A stretch of 42,474 nt of DNA from an uncultured Candidatus Micrarchaeota archaeon (GTDB lineage Archaea; Micrarchaeota; Micrarchaeia; Burarchaeales; Fermentimicrarchaeaceae), in the NCBI GenBank assembly GCA_963760615.1, contig CAVXDX010000005.1:1-42474 (forward strand), given 5' to 3'. Positions 25,957-34,274 of the stretch are shown one piece after another. Each line of letters starts with the position of its first letter. Position 1 is the first letter of the stretch. The translations under genes were made by a program, and so were the position numbers. A model generated the notes under the pieces. The model did not search any database. It was given only the letters and a program-made list of their open reading frames with translations, and was not told the origin of the DNA.

Positions 25957-27462
25957 ATGGAGCTCGGGACAGTCATCTCAACAATGGAAGGTCCCTCGAC
26001 GACTGAATTCTCATTTGTTGTGAGCAACAACAAGGTGAGGAAAGGGCATTACGTCCAATCCGAGACAGAGGAAGGGCTGCTCATTGGCTTCATAACGGAT
26101 ATAACCAGGGCGAACAGGTATTTTGAGAGAGCTGAGAGTGTAGCCGAGTATGAAAGGGGCGGGGAGTCCCTCTCAAAGAATTTTCCCACAACGGACTGGG
26201 AGTACATAATAGCGAACGTGAGGGCGCTTGGTGTTTACAAGGATGGTGTGCTGCTTCGCAGCACCTTTCCAGCAGCGCCAGGCTCTAAGGTGAGGCTGGC
26301 AGATGAAAACCTGCTCAACGGCATACTGGGGTTTGATGAAAACGGCTTGAAGCTCGGGGAGGTTGAGAACCACAGGCTGGAGGTGAGGCTTAACCTCAAT
26401 AGGCTCCTGCAGAAGCACTTCGCAATACTGGCAATGAGCGGTGCGGGAAAATCCTATCTTGCCAGCGTTCTCATAGAGGAGCTGCTCGAGAGAAAGCCGG
26501 AACAGGGCAGGGTTGCTGTCGTCATGCTTGACGTCCATGGTGAGTACTCAGGCTTCAAAAGCTCTCCTGAATACGGTGCGAAGACGACTGTCTTCGAGGG
26601 AGGGAAGATACGCATAGGACTCAACAAAATTTCACCGCAGATACTCGGCGAGTTCCTGCCGCAACTCAGCCCAGCCCAGAAGAGGGATATAGACAATGTG
26701 CTCATCGGGCTTAGGCAGGAGAAGAAGAGCAAGGGAGAGCTTTTTGATTTGCAGGATTTGATGGAGAAGGTGGAGAAAAGCAACATGAAGGAGAACAGCA
26801 AGGCACCTCTGCTTGCCACACTTGCCTCCCTAAAATCACTGAGGATATTCTCAAAGAGCGACAACCCCAGCGTGCATGAGCTCGCACAGCCAGGTAGACT
26901 CTCCGTGATTGATTTGAGCAACATAGACAACATGAGGAAGAAGCAGCTCATCGTTGCATACTTTGCAAGGAAACTTTTCACCGCAAGGAAAAAGGAAAGA
27001 ATACCGCCTTTCATCCTGCTGATTGAGGAATCCCACAATTTTGCGAAGGAGAAGGCATCAAAGCAGGACATGCTCTCCAAGAGCATTGTGGAGAAGATAG
27101 CAAGGGAAGGCAGGAAGTTCGGTGCGTCAATAGGTTTGATAAGCCAGAGGCCGGTGCAGCTGAGCACCACTGCCCTTGCGCAGGCTAACACCCATATAAT
27201 AATGAGGGTGACAAACCCCTATGATATAAAGCACATAGGGGAAGGGTGTGAGGCTCTTGATGAAAACATGCTGAAGAGCATAAGCACCCTGAGAGTTGGT
27301 GAAGCCCTCATAGTGGGGGAGGCGGTGAACTTCCCCGTATTCGCAAAAATAAGGAAGAGGAAATCAAAGAAGTCCACAAGGGGGGAGGATATAGACACGC
27401 TTGCAAGGAAATTTGAGGAGTTGGGGAAAAAGAAGAAGGAGGATGTTGAAGCGTTCATCTGA
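25957..27462 (+). CDS. herA: HerA helicase/translocase (HAS barrel plus FtsK/HerA ATPase)
   Basis: N-terminal HAS barrel, HFAILAMSGAGKS Walker A, DVHGEY, LIEESHNF Walker B, AREGRKFG and SQRP. Confidence 0.93.
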   Translation: MELGTVISTMEGPSTTEFSFVVSNNKVRKGHYVQSETEEGLLIGFITDITRANRYFERAESVAEYERGGESLSKNFPTTDWEYIIANVRALGVYKDGVLLRSTFPAAPGSKVRLADENLLNGILGFDENGLKLGEVENHRLEVRLNLNRLLQKHFAILAMSGAGKSYLASVLIEELLERKPEQGRVAVVMLDVHGEYSGFKSSPEYGAKTTVFEGGKIRIGLNKISPQILGEFLPQLSPAQKRDIDNVLIGLRQEKKSKGELFDLQDLMEKVEKSNMKENSKAPLLATLASLKSLRIFSKSDNPSVHELAQPGRLSVIDLSNIDNMRKKQLIVAYFARKLFTARKKERIPPFILLIEESHNFAKEKASKQDMLSKSIVEKIAREGRKFGASIGLISQRPVQLSTTALAQANTHIIMRVTNPYDIKHIGEGCEALDENMLKSISTLRVGEALIVGEAVNFPVFAKIRKRKSKKSTRGEDIDTLARKFEELGKKKKEDVEAFI

Positions 27463-27471
27463 GGTATTTTC

Positions 27472-28398
27472 ATGAATGAGCTTAGAAAGGACTGCCTGCT
27501 CGATAGATGGGTACTCATAGCTGAGAACAGAGGGAAGAGGCCGCATGACTACATACAAAAGGAGTGCGAGACGAAGGAAGGAACATGTGTGTTTTGCCCT
27601 GGGAATGAGCATCTCACTCCAAAGGAGATTCTAAGCATACAAGGGCCGCATGGCTGGACTGTCAGGGGCTTCGAGAATATGTATCCTGCAACTTCGCTGG
27701 AATTTCCTCAGGCTTTTGGGAGGCACGAAGTCATAGTTGAGATGAACCAGCACAACAAGAACCTACAGGATCTTCCTGCAGGCGCCATACGAGAGGTCAT
27801 AGACATGTACTGCGCCAGGATAGACGATATAAGCAAAATAGATGGAATAGGTTACGTTCTAATTTTCAAGAATCACGGAGAGGAGGCGGGAACATCCATT
27901 TCGCACGAGCACAGCCAGCTCATAGCATTGCCACAAATTCCCACTCTTGTGAAGGAAGAGCTGTCTGCCTACAAAAAATACCACAGGAAGACCGGAAAAT
28001 GCATATTCTGCGATATAGCGGCAATGGAGATGAACTCCGAGAGAAAAATCTTTGAGAGTGACAAATTCATCTGCTTTGCCCCCTTCGCTTCAAGATTCCC
28101 CTTCGAGTCATGGCTGCTTCCAAAGCGGCATGCAGGAAATATCACAGACTTGACGGATGAGGAGAAAAACTCTCTGGCAGAGGCGCTGAAAAAAAATCTC
28201 ACCGCGCTCAGCAAGCTGCTCCACAACCCGCCTTACAACTATTATCTTCACATAGCGCCTCCGCATGAGGACTTCCACTTCCATATTGAGATATGCCCGA
28301 GAGTAACGAAGCTTGCGGGCTTTGAGCTGGGCAGCGGTATGATAATAAACACCATGCCACCTGAAAGAGCTGCTCCCGAGCTGAGAAATCTACTTTAG
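27472..28398 (+). CDS. galT: Galactose-1-phosphate uridylyltransferase family (HIT superfamily)
   Basis: RWVLIAENRGKRP, CVFCPGNE, GRHEVIVE, FKNHG..AG.SISHEHSQL (HxHxQ), CIFC and FHFHIEI. Confidence 0.9.
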   Translation: MNELRKDCLLDRWVLIAENRGKRPHDYIQKECETKEGTCVFCPGNEHLTPKEILSIQGPHGWTVRGFENMYPATSLEFPQAFGRHEVIVEMNQHNKNLQDLPAGAIREVIDMYCARIDDISKIDGIGYVLIFKNHGEEAGTSISHEHSQLIALPQIPTLVKEELSAYKKYHRKTGKCIFCDIAAMEMNSERKIFESDKFICFAPFASRFPFESWLLPKRHAGNITDLTDEEKNSLAEALKKNLTALSKLLHNPPYNYYLHIAPPHEDFHFHIEICPRVTKLAGFELGSGMIINTMPPERAAPELRNLL

Positions 28399-29124
28399 CT
28401 TCCTTCTTTTCCTGCCCACCTTGTAGGTTACATTGGCCAGCTTTGCCCCGAACTTCCTTATCCCCACGCTGTAGGGGCTTCTTGGCTTGTGCCTCAGGAC
28501 TGCCCTGCCGTACTCAGAGGACTTTATCACATTGTTGTCGTAGGGAAGGCTGCATAACAGTGGCGTTCCGAGCCACTCCTTCGCAATCCTCCTCACTCTC
28601 TTCTCATTCTTCCTCACCTTGTTCAGCACAGTCCCAAAGATCTCAACCCCGTTCCTATCTGCCACCATCTTAGTTTTCAGCGTGTTGGAGAATGAAGTTA
28701 TTTCAGGAGTTGTTATGAGTATCACCCTGTCCGCTATTTTCAGCGTCTCAAGGGTGTTGTTCCCAAGAGTTCCAGGCGCATCAACGAGAACTATATCCGC
28801 GGCCTTGCTGAGCTGCGTTCTCACCTTCCAGAGGTGCTGCGGTGGTAATGCCTCAACATCCTCCAGAGCGAGGCTTGAAGCCACCATCTTCACCCCTGCG
28901 GGGTGAGCGAATACCGCATCTTCAAAATTGACTCCCTGAGAGAATACATCCTGTATAGTGCATTCCGGAAATGGCGGGCCAAGTATGCATGACAGGTCTC
29001 CGTTGCTCAAGTTCCCATCCACTATGAGCGTGTCAACTCCGAAATCGCTCAGGCACAACCCAAGGTTTGCAACGAAGTTGCTCTTGCCTACTCCACCTTT
29101 GCCGGATGCAATTGTTATAATCAA
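28390..29124 (-). CDS. minD: MinD/ParA-family P-loop ATPase
   Basis: Deviant Walker A SGKGGVGKS, LIVDGNL, VLVDAPG, LITTPE and GTVLNKV. Confidence 0.85.
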   Translation of the reverse strand: MIITIASGKGGVGKSNFVANLGLCLSDFGVDTLIVDGNLSNGDLSCILGPPFPECTIQDVFSQGVNFEDAVFAHPAGVKMVASSLALEDVEALPPQHLWKVRTQLSKAADIVLVDAPGTLGNNTLETLKIADRVILITTPEITSFSNTLKTKMVADRNGVEIFGTVLNKVRKNEKRVRRIAKEWLGTPLLCSLPYDNNVIKSSEYGRAVLRHKPRSPYSVGIRKFGAKLANVTYKVGRKRRKLK

Positions 29125-29128
29125 CTTC

Positions 29129-29437
29129 TCACCTAATCCTCCTCTTTAGCTCAGCCCCGAAAATCTCCCTTTTCTTCCTCAACCCTAGCTCATCAAAATC
29201 CACTGTTGCTTCCCTTGCATCTGCTATGCTTTCCTGAGCGAAGGTAATCCTCTCAGCTTCGAGGACTGCCCCGATTTTATCGGGAGTGACTGTTATATTC
29301 TGCTCCCTTATCTTCACCATGAGCCCTTCCAGTTCAGCCTGATTCCACTTGCCTCTCGTAGTACGCACAAACTCGGAGAGCAAACCGGAACTTTTGAGAA
29401 CTTCGAGCTGTGCATTTTCGGTGCTTTCTTCCATCAT
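29129..29437 (-). CDS. Hypothetical protein (102 aa)
   Basis: GGTGA RBS; sits between rad50 and minD with 30-bp and 4-bp gaps; no motif I can name. Confidence 0.7.
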   Translation of the reverse strand: MMEESTENAQLEVLKSSGLLSEFVRTTRGKWNQAELEGLMVKIREQNITVTPDKIGAVLEAERITFAQESIADAREATVDFDELGLRKKREIFGAELKRRIR

Positions 29438-29467
29438 GTGTCACCAACTGTCGCCAATTGCAATAGA

Positions 29468-31744
29468 TTAATGTGTAGCAGTATTTAAAACAGTTGCGCT
29501 TTCCACTTTTGTTGGTTCATTTTTTTCCTTGTTTCTCCAGAGGTGGTATACTCTCGCGCTTGCCTCATCTTTCAAGCTTTCATCATGGGTTATCACGAAA
29601 ACCTGCTCAACTATTTTCGGTGCGTACTCATTCAAAACCTTCCCCAGAGCCTTTCTCCCCTCCTCATCCAAATTATGGGTGGGCTCGTCAAGTATGAGCC
29701 AGCTCAGATTCGGCACAAGCACCATCGCAAATGCCATCCTCATGGCAATGCTGGCGCTCGACCTCTCCCCTCCGCTCGCTATGCCATCAACGTTCACCCA
29801 GCTTCCCCCAGCATTGAGCTGCAGAGCATAATCCTCCTCGTCGGCATTCAGCCTGATACCCTGGTAGTCTGCATAAGGGTAGACTGTGCCCCACATCTCC
29901 TCCATGGCGGAATTTATAGCCCCTATGAGCTCCTCCCTCAGCTGTGCCTGAGTCTCCGAAACAGAATTCTGGAAAAGCGCGAAGTTCTCGTAGATGGAGC
30001 CATACCTCTCAACATCCTTGCCCAGCTTCTCATACCTCTCAATCTCCTCCCTCTTACCCTTTACGATCTCCTCAACTCTCTTCATCTCCTTGCGCATCCC
30101 TTCAATTTTCTCTGCAACCCCCCTCTCCTCAACACTCAGCTCCCTGACCTCATCCCTTTTTGCTTCAAGAGCCCCGCTGTCAAACCTTATTTCGCCAAGC
30201 TTTCTCTCAACATCCGCTCCCTCCCTCCTGAGCTCCTCCATGCGCATCCTGGATTTCTTTATCTCAAGTGCAACTCTTGCTTTCTCCCTTTTCTCCTCAA
30301 TGCTTTTCACCAACTGCTCCTCCTTCCTCAATTTTTCCTCAGCGGCAGTGAGGAGGGAGTTCAGCTTCTCAATCTCCTCCTTCCCCCTCATTTTTTTCAT
30401 TCTCTCCTCAATGTCTCTTACCGCTTTCAGCCTCTCCTTCATGCTGCTCAGCAGCTTTTCATCCTCCGCAGTAAGCTTCTCCGTGCTGTATATCTTTTCA
30501 ACCTCAATCGCCCTCTCACTTTCTCTTTTCTCAAGTAGTTCCTTCCGTCTACCCTCTTCTAGTGGAGTCTCGCATACGGGGCATTTTGTAATTTCCTTTC
30601 CAAGCTCCGAAATGAGCTCATCCAGCTCGGCAACCCTCCGCTTTGAGCAGCTAATCTCACCTCTTGAATCATTCAGCTTCTTCTCCGCTTCATCCATCCT
30701 GCTCTCCAGCTCCTTAGAACCCTCTTTGAAATCAGCAATCTTCTTTTCAAGTTCCTCTCTCTCTTTCATTTCATCCTGAATGACTCTCATCCTCTCGTTT
30801 GTGGAGCCTACCTCCCGTGTACAATCCGCAACCCTTTTCCTCCCTTCCCTCAGCCTATCATCAATCCTTCCCATCTCCGCCTCATCTACCATTTCTATCT
30901 CTTCAGGTGATGCCGCGACTATGCGGTCTGCCTCCTCCTTCTCCATATTCTCAATGGTGCGAGTTATTGCACCTTTCCTTTCGCTGAGTTCACTGTAGAC
31001 TCTCTCAAGCATGCTCATTTTGGAGAGGGCAGCCTCCGCGTTCTTCTTCCCCACCCCAATCTCCCTGGCTCTGCCACCGAGCTCCTGCGTTTCCTTCTCA
31101 AGCCTTTTCAAATCTCCGGCAGCGCTCTCCTCCTCCTTCCTGAGCTTCTCCGCATCCATGCTGCCGAGCAGGGCCCTTCTGTCATCCTGCATCCCCTTTA
31201 TTCTATTGAGCACAGTGCTCAGGTTGCTTCTCATAACCTCAAACTTGCTTATCCCGAGCAGCTCGTCAATCTGCTTCTTCCTGTCGCCCCTCCCCAGAGT
31301 TAAGAAATAATCAATACCGTTCTGTTCAGAATAAACTGCCCGCGTGAAAAGATCATAGTCTATCCTAAGCAGCCTCTCCACCTCTTCATTCACCCGCTGT
31401 GGTTGAGGCCCCTGCAGCAGCTTTCCCCCTCTGCTTATCCTTGCCTCTGAGCTGCCTTCTGCGTTTATTCCCCTCTCGATTTCATACCTGTTACCTTGCC
31501 ATGTCAGCTCAACCTTGACCCATGCCTCATCCTTCTTCGCAGGCCTGTTCATTATTATGTCAGAGAGCTTCACACGCTTGTGCTGCAGGGCTGGGAAGTT
31601 GCCGAAGAGGGCGAAGCATAATGCATCGAGCACGGTGCTCTTGCCGCTTCCCATAGGACCGACAAGTACGTTTGTTCCCTTTCCGAACGTGAGCTTTGTA
31701 TCCTCATGGGACTTCCAGTTGTGCAAGGAGATGCCATCTATCAC
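29468..31744 (-). CDS. rad50: Rad50/SbcC-type SMC-family ATPase
   Basis: Walker A GPMGSGKST, Q-loop YSEQ, long coiled coils, central CPVC Zn hook, signature ASGGE, Walker B LILDEPT, H-loop ITHD. Confidence 0.93.
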   Translation of the reverse strand: MIDGISLHNWKSHEDTKLTFGKGTNVLVGPMGSGKSTVLDALCFALFGNFPALQHKRVKLSDIIMNRPAKKDEAWVKVELTWQGNRYEIERGINAEGSSEARISRGGKLLQGPQPQRVNEEVERLLRIDYDLFTRAVYSEQNGIDYFLTLGRGDRKKQIDELLGISKFEVMRSNLSTVLNRIKGMQDDRRALLGSMDAEKLRKEEESAAGDLKRLEKETQELGGRAREIGVGKKNAEAALSKMSMLERVYSELSERKGAITRTIENMEKEEADRIVAASPEEIEMVDEAEMGRIDDRLREGRKRVADCTREVGSTNERMRVIQDEMKEREELEKKIADFKEGSKELESRMDEAEKKLNDSRGEISCSKRRVAELDELISELGKEITKCPVCETPLEEGRRKELLEKRESERAIEVEKIYSTEKLTAEDEKLLSSMKERLKAVRDIEERMKKMRGKEEIEKLNSLLTAAEEKLRKEEQLVKSIEEKREKARVALEIKKSRMRMEELRREGADVERKLGEIRFDSGALEAKRDEVRELSVEERGVAEKIEGMRKEMKRVEEIVKGKREEIERYEKLGKDVERYGSIYENFALFQNSVSETQAQLREELIGAINSAMEEMWGTVYPYADYQGIRLNADEEDYALQLNAGGSWVNVDGIASGGERSSASIAMRMAFAMVLVPNLSWLILDEPTHNLDEEGRKALGKVLNEYAPKIVEQVFVITHDESLKDEASARVYHLWRNKEKNEPTKVESATVLNTATH

Positions 31745-31777
31745 GTATTTATTTTATATGCAATACTAAAATAATGT

Positions 31778-32248
31778 ATGTTCGTTGCCGATGCGATGCT
31801 GAAGAAACTTGCCAGGTGGCTCAGGTTGCTCGGAGTTGAGGCCCTCTACCCCGATTCAATTGACGACAATGACATAATTGAATTCACAAAGAAGAACAAG
31901 AAGATTCTTCTCACCATGGACTCTGAGCTGTGCAGGAGGGCCAGGAAGCAGGGCGTGAGTGTCTTCCTCGTGCCGAGGAGGAGCACTGAGGAGCAGCTCG
32001 TGCTCCTCATAAAGAGATTTAAGCTTGACATCTCGGATGCGCCTTCAAAGGTTTTATGTCCGCTCTGCAACGGCACACTGAAACAGGTTGGAAAGACAAC
32101 TGTGAAGACTAAGGTTCCTCCAGACATTCTTTCAAAGCATGATATATTCTGGGTGTGCAAGAAATGCAAGAAAGTCTTCTGGGAGGGCTCTCACTGGGAG
32201 AGGATAAAGAGAAATGTGGAAAAAGTAAAGAGCATGCTTGAAGACTAG
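31778..32248 (+). CDS. Mut7-C RNase domain protein (PIN fold plus Zn ribbon)
   Basis: FVADAMLKKLARWLRLLG, LLTMD, CPLCNG and FWVCKKCKKVFWEGSHW motifs. Confidence 0.92.
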   Translation: MFVADAMLKKLARWLRLLGVEALYPDSIDDNDIIEFTKKNKKILLTMDSELCRRARKQGVSVFLVPRRSTEEQLVLLIKRFKLDISDAPSKVLCPLCNGTLKQVGKTTVKTKVPPDILSKHDIFWVCKKCKKVFWEGSHWERIKRNVEKVKSMLED

Positions 32249-32493
32249 ATTAGAGTCACTTCTTCTACCTGCACTTCGCTCACGCCCGCTATCTTCCTCA
32301 GCTTTTCCTCAATGTCGCTCCCGCCGCTTGAGTCTTTAACAAGAATTGTAACCTTGAGTGCTTTCATTCCGAAAGCCACTTCCTCCTCCTCAAGCTTGTA
32401 GGGCTTCAGCTCATTTTGAATGGAGCTCTTAACCTTCTCAAGCACTTCAGGGCTTTCCGGAAAAACTTTTGTTATCACAGCAGCAGTTCCCAT
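32245..32493 (-). CDS. ef1b: Translation elongation factor 1-beta
   Basis: KVFPESPE and EEVAFGMKAL motifs, 82 aa, GGAGG RBS. The ORF-track N-terminal extension was removed. Confidence 0.95.
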   Translation of the reverse strand: MGTAAVITKVFPESPEVLEKVKSSIQNELKPYKLEEEEVAFGMKALKVTILVKDSSGGSDIEEKLRKIAGVSEVQVEEVTLI

Positions 32494-32504
32494 ACAAAAA
32501 CCTC

Positions 32505-32666
32505 CTATGGACCCTCCTTGCCGCACTTGCCGCACCTGTATGTGTTTGTTGTCTCCCTGCAGTGCGGGCATCTCACGATGACTCCTTCCCCGCAGTGGGG
32601 GCAGGAAAACTCTGCGTATACTCGCGTCTGCTTTCCGCATGAGCTGCAAATTTTCAGAATATACAT
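32505..32666 (-). CDS. DUF1610 / HVO_2753-like Zn-ribbon protein (53 aa, not in ORF track)
   Basis: Hand translation MYILKICSSCGKQTRVYAEFSCPHCGEGVIVRCPHCRETTNTYRCGKCGKEGP: four CxxC pairs and a GP end. Its usual position is just upstream of ef1b. Confidence 0.92.
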   Translation of the reverse strand: MYILKICSSCGKQTRVYAEFSCPHCGEGVIVRCPHCRETTNTYRCGKCGKEGP

Positions 32667-32714
32667 CACCTTTAATTTGTTTTGGAGGATAAACTATAAT
32701 AATCCATTCTAAAT

Positions 32715-32788
32715 GCCCCCATAGTCTAGCCTGGATAAAACGCTGGCTTGCGGAGCCGGAGTCCGGGGTCCGAATCCCCGTGGGGGCG
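32715..32788 (+). tRNA. tRNA-Arg (anticodon GCG), intronless, no encoded CCA
   Basis: Acceptor stem GCCCCCA/TGGGGGC, D-loop AGCCTGGATA, anticodon arm CTGGC-TTGCGGA-GCCGG, T arm CGGGG-TCCGAAT-CCCCG. Confidence 0.92.
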
Positions 32789-32847
32789 AAATAAATTACT
32801 AACTGACTGCGATAATATTTAATATACCTTTGTGCAAATCTCATCGC

Positions 32848-33600
32848 ATGCTACAAATATTTGAAACAATATGCGGCGGCATATTTGTTGTAGTAGTTCT
32901 GGCCTTCACAGCAGTGAAGGTCATCTATGAGTACCAGCGAGGAGTGGTTTTCACACTTGGAAAATTCAGCGGTGTGGTGGGACCTGGTATAAACTTCATT
33001 ATCCCAATACTGCAGGAAATAAGGATAGTTGACATGAGGATAACCACAACTGATGTGCCGAAGCAGGAGATAATGACAAAGGACAACGTTCCTGTCATGG
33101 CGAACACAGTTGTATACTTCAAGGTTGAGAAGCCTGATGATGCAGTGATAAAGATTGAGGATTACAACTTCGCGGTATCGCAGTACACCCAGACAGCTCT
33201 TAGAGATGTGGTTGGGAACAGCGAACTAGACGTAATCCTCACCCAAAGGGAGCAAATTGCCGATGAGATAAAGAAGATAGTTGATGCAGAAACATCTGAA
33301 TGGGGAGTGGACATCTCATCAATAAAGATACAGGAGATAGAGCTGCCTGCTGAGATGAAGAGGGCTATGGCAAAGCAGGCAGAAGCAGAGAGGGACAGGA
33401 GGGCAACAGTAATAAAATCACTGGGAGAGCTTCAGGCATCCACAAACCTCATGAAGGCAGCCGCAAACCTCTCAAAGAGCAATGGAGCGCTGCAGCTGAG
33501 GACGCTGCAGACAATTGCAGAAATAGCAGCAGACCCATCTGAGAAAATAGTGCTTTTCCTCCCAACGGAGTTGAAGAGCTTCCTTGAGAAAATAAAGTAG
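32848..33600 (+). CDS. SPFH / band 7 (stomatin-like) membrane protein
   Basis: N-terminal TM; EYQRGVVFTLGK, GPG..FIIP, VDMR...DVPKQEIMTKDNV, AMAKQAEAERDRRA and LQLRTLQT. Confidence 0.96.
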   Translation: MLQIFETICGGIFVVVVLAFTAVKVIYEYQRGVVFTLGKFSGVVGPGINFIIPILQEIRIVDMRITTTDVPKQEIMTKDNVPVMANTVVYFKVEKPDDAVIKIEDYNFAVSQYTQTALRDVVGNSELDVILTQREQIADEIKKIVDAETSEWGVDISSIKIQEIELPAEMKRAMAKQAEAERDRRATVIKSLGELQASTNLMKAAANLSKSNGALQLRTLQTIAEIAADPSEKIVLFLPTELKSFLEKIK

Positions 33601-33608
33601 TTGGTCGC

Positions 33609-34274
33609 ATGCTGGACAGAGAAAAACGCTACTTGCAGATAGCGTTCAATGACGATATACGAGATGTAGACAAGATGCTTCCGCAGATTCCTTTTGATGA
33701 GAGGATACTCATAGAGGCAGGAACGCCTTTCATAAAAAGGGAGGGGCAGAGAGGCATACAGCACATTGTCAGCATGTGGTCAGGCCCGATAATTGCGGAT
33801 ATAAAGACAATGGACGGTGCACTAGAGGAGGTTCAGGAGGTTGCTGCCGCTGGGGCAGGCGGCGCGACTGTGCTGGGAGCTGCAACAAAGGAAACAATTG
33901 ATTTATTCATCCAGAACTGCAAGCAGTACAACCTCATCTCTGTTGTTGACATGATTAACGTCGATGACCCACTGAGAGTCCTGCTGCACCTGAAAGACCG
34001 GCCGGATATTGTTGAGATACATATGGGAAGGGATGAGGAAACCACTAGGGGCAATATGATTGAATACAGGCATATACGAAGAGTGAAAAGCAAGTATGAT
34101 GTGATTGTATCCGCAGCAGGAGGGGTTGATTTGCGAGAGGCTCAGAGTGCTGTTTTTAATGGGGCGGACATAGTTGTTGTAAACATCGTGCAGCCAGATG
34201 ACCCTTGGAGAGGCATAAAGAGCACTGATGAAATAAGAAACATGGCAGTTGAGTTCCTCAAAGCAGTGAAGTGA
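33609..34274 (+). CDS. OMP decarboxylase / 3-hexulose-6-phosphate synthase superfamily TIM barrel
   Basis: LQIAF, IEAGTPFIK, ADIKTMD (DxKxxD), H.GRD, AAGG and GADIVVV motifs of the HPS/KGPDC family. Confidence 0.8.
   Translation: MLDREKRYLQIAFNDDIRDVDKMLPQIPFDERILIEAGTPFIKREGQRGIQHIVSMWSGPIIADIKTMDGALEEVQEVAAAGAGGATVLGAATKETIDLFIQNCKQYNLISVVDMINVDDPLRVLLHLKDRPDIVEIHMGRDEETTRGNMIEYRHIRRVKSKYDVIVSAAGGVDLREAQSAVFNGADIVVVNIVQPDDPWRGIKSTDEIRNMAVEFLKAVK

Noticed and set aside
29543-30779. Long plus-strand ORFs (331 and 261 aa) opposite rad50, and similar shadow ORFs opposite lonB, priL, herA and others
   Set aside because: Ser/Leu/Phe-rich antisense shadows of Glu/Lys-rich coding strands, with no RBS or motifs.
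32494-32844. ORF-track N-terminal extension of EF-1beta (199 aa)
   Set aside because: It runs through the DUF1610 gene and the tRNA. The true start is ATG 32493 with a GGAGG RBS.
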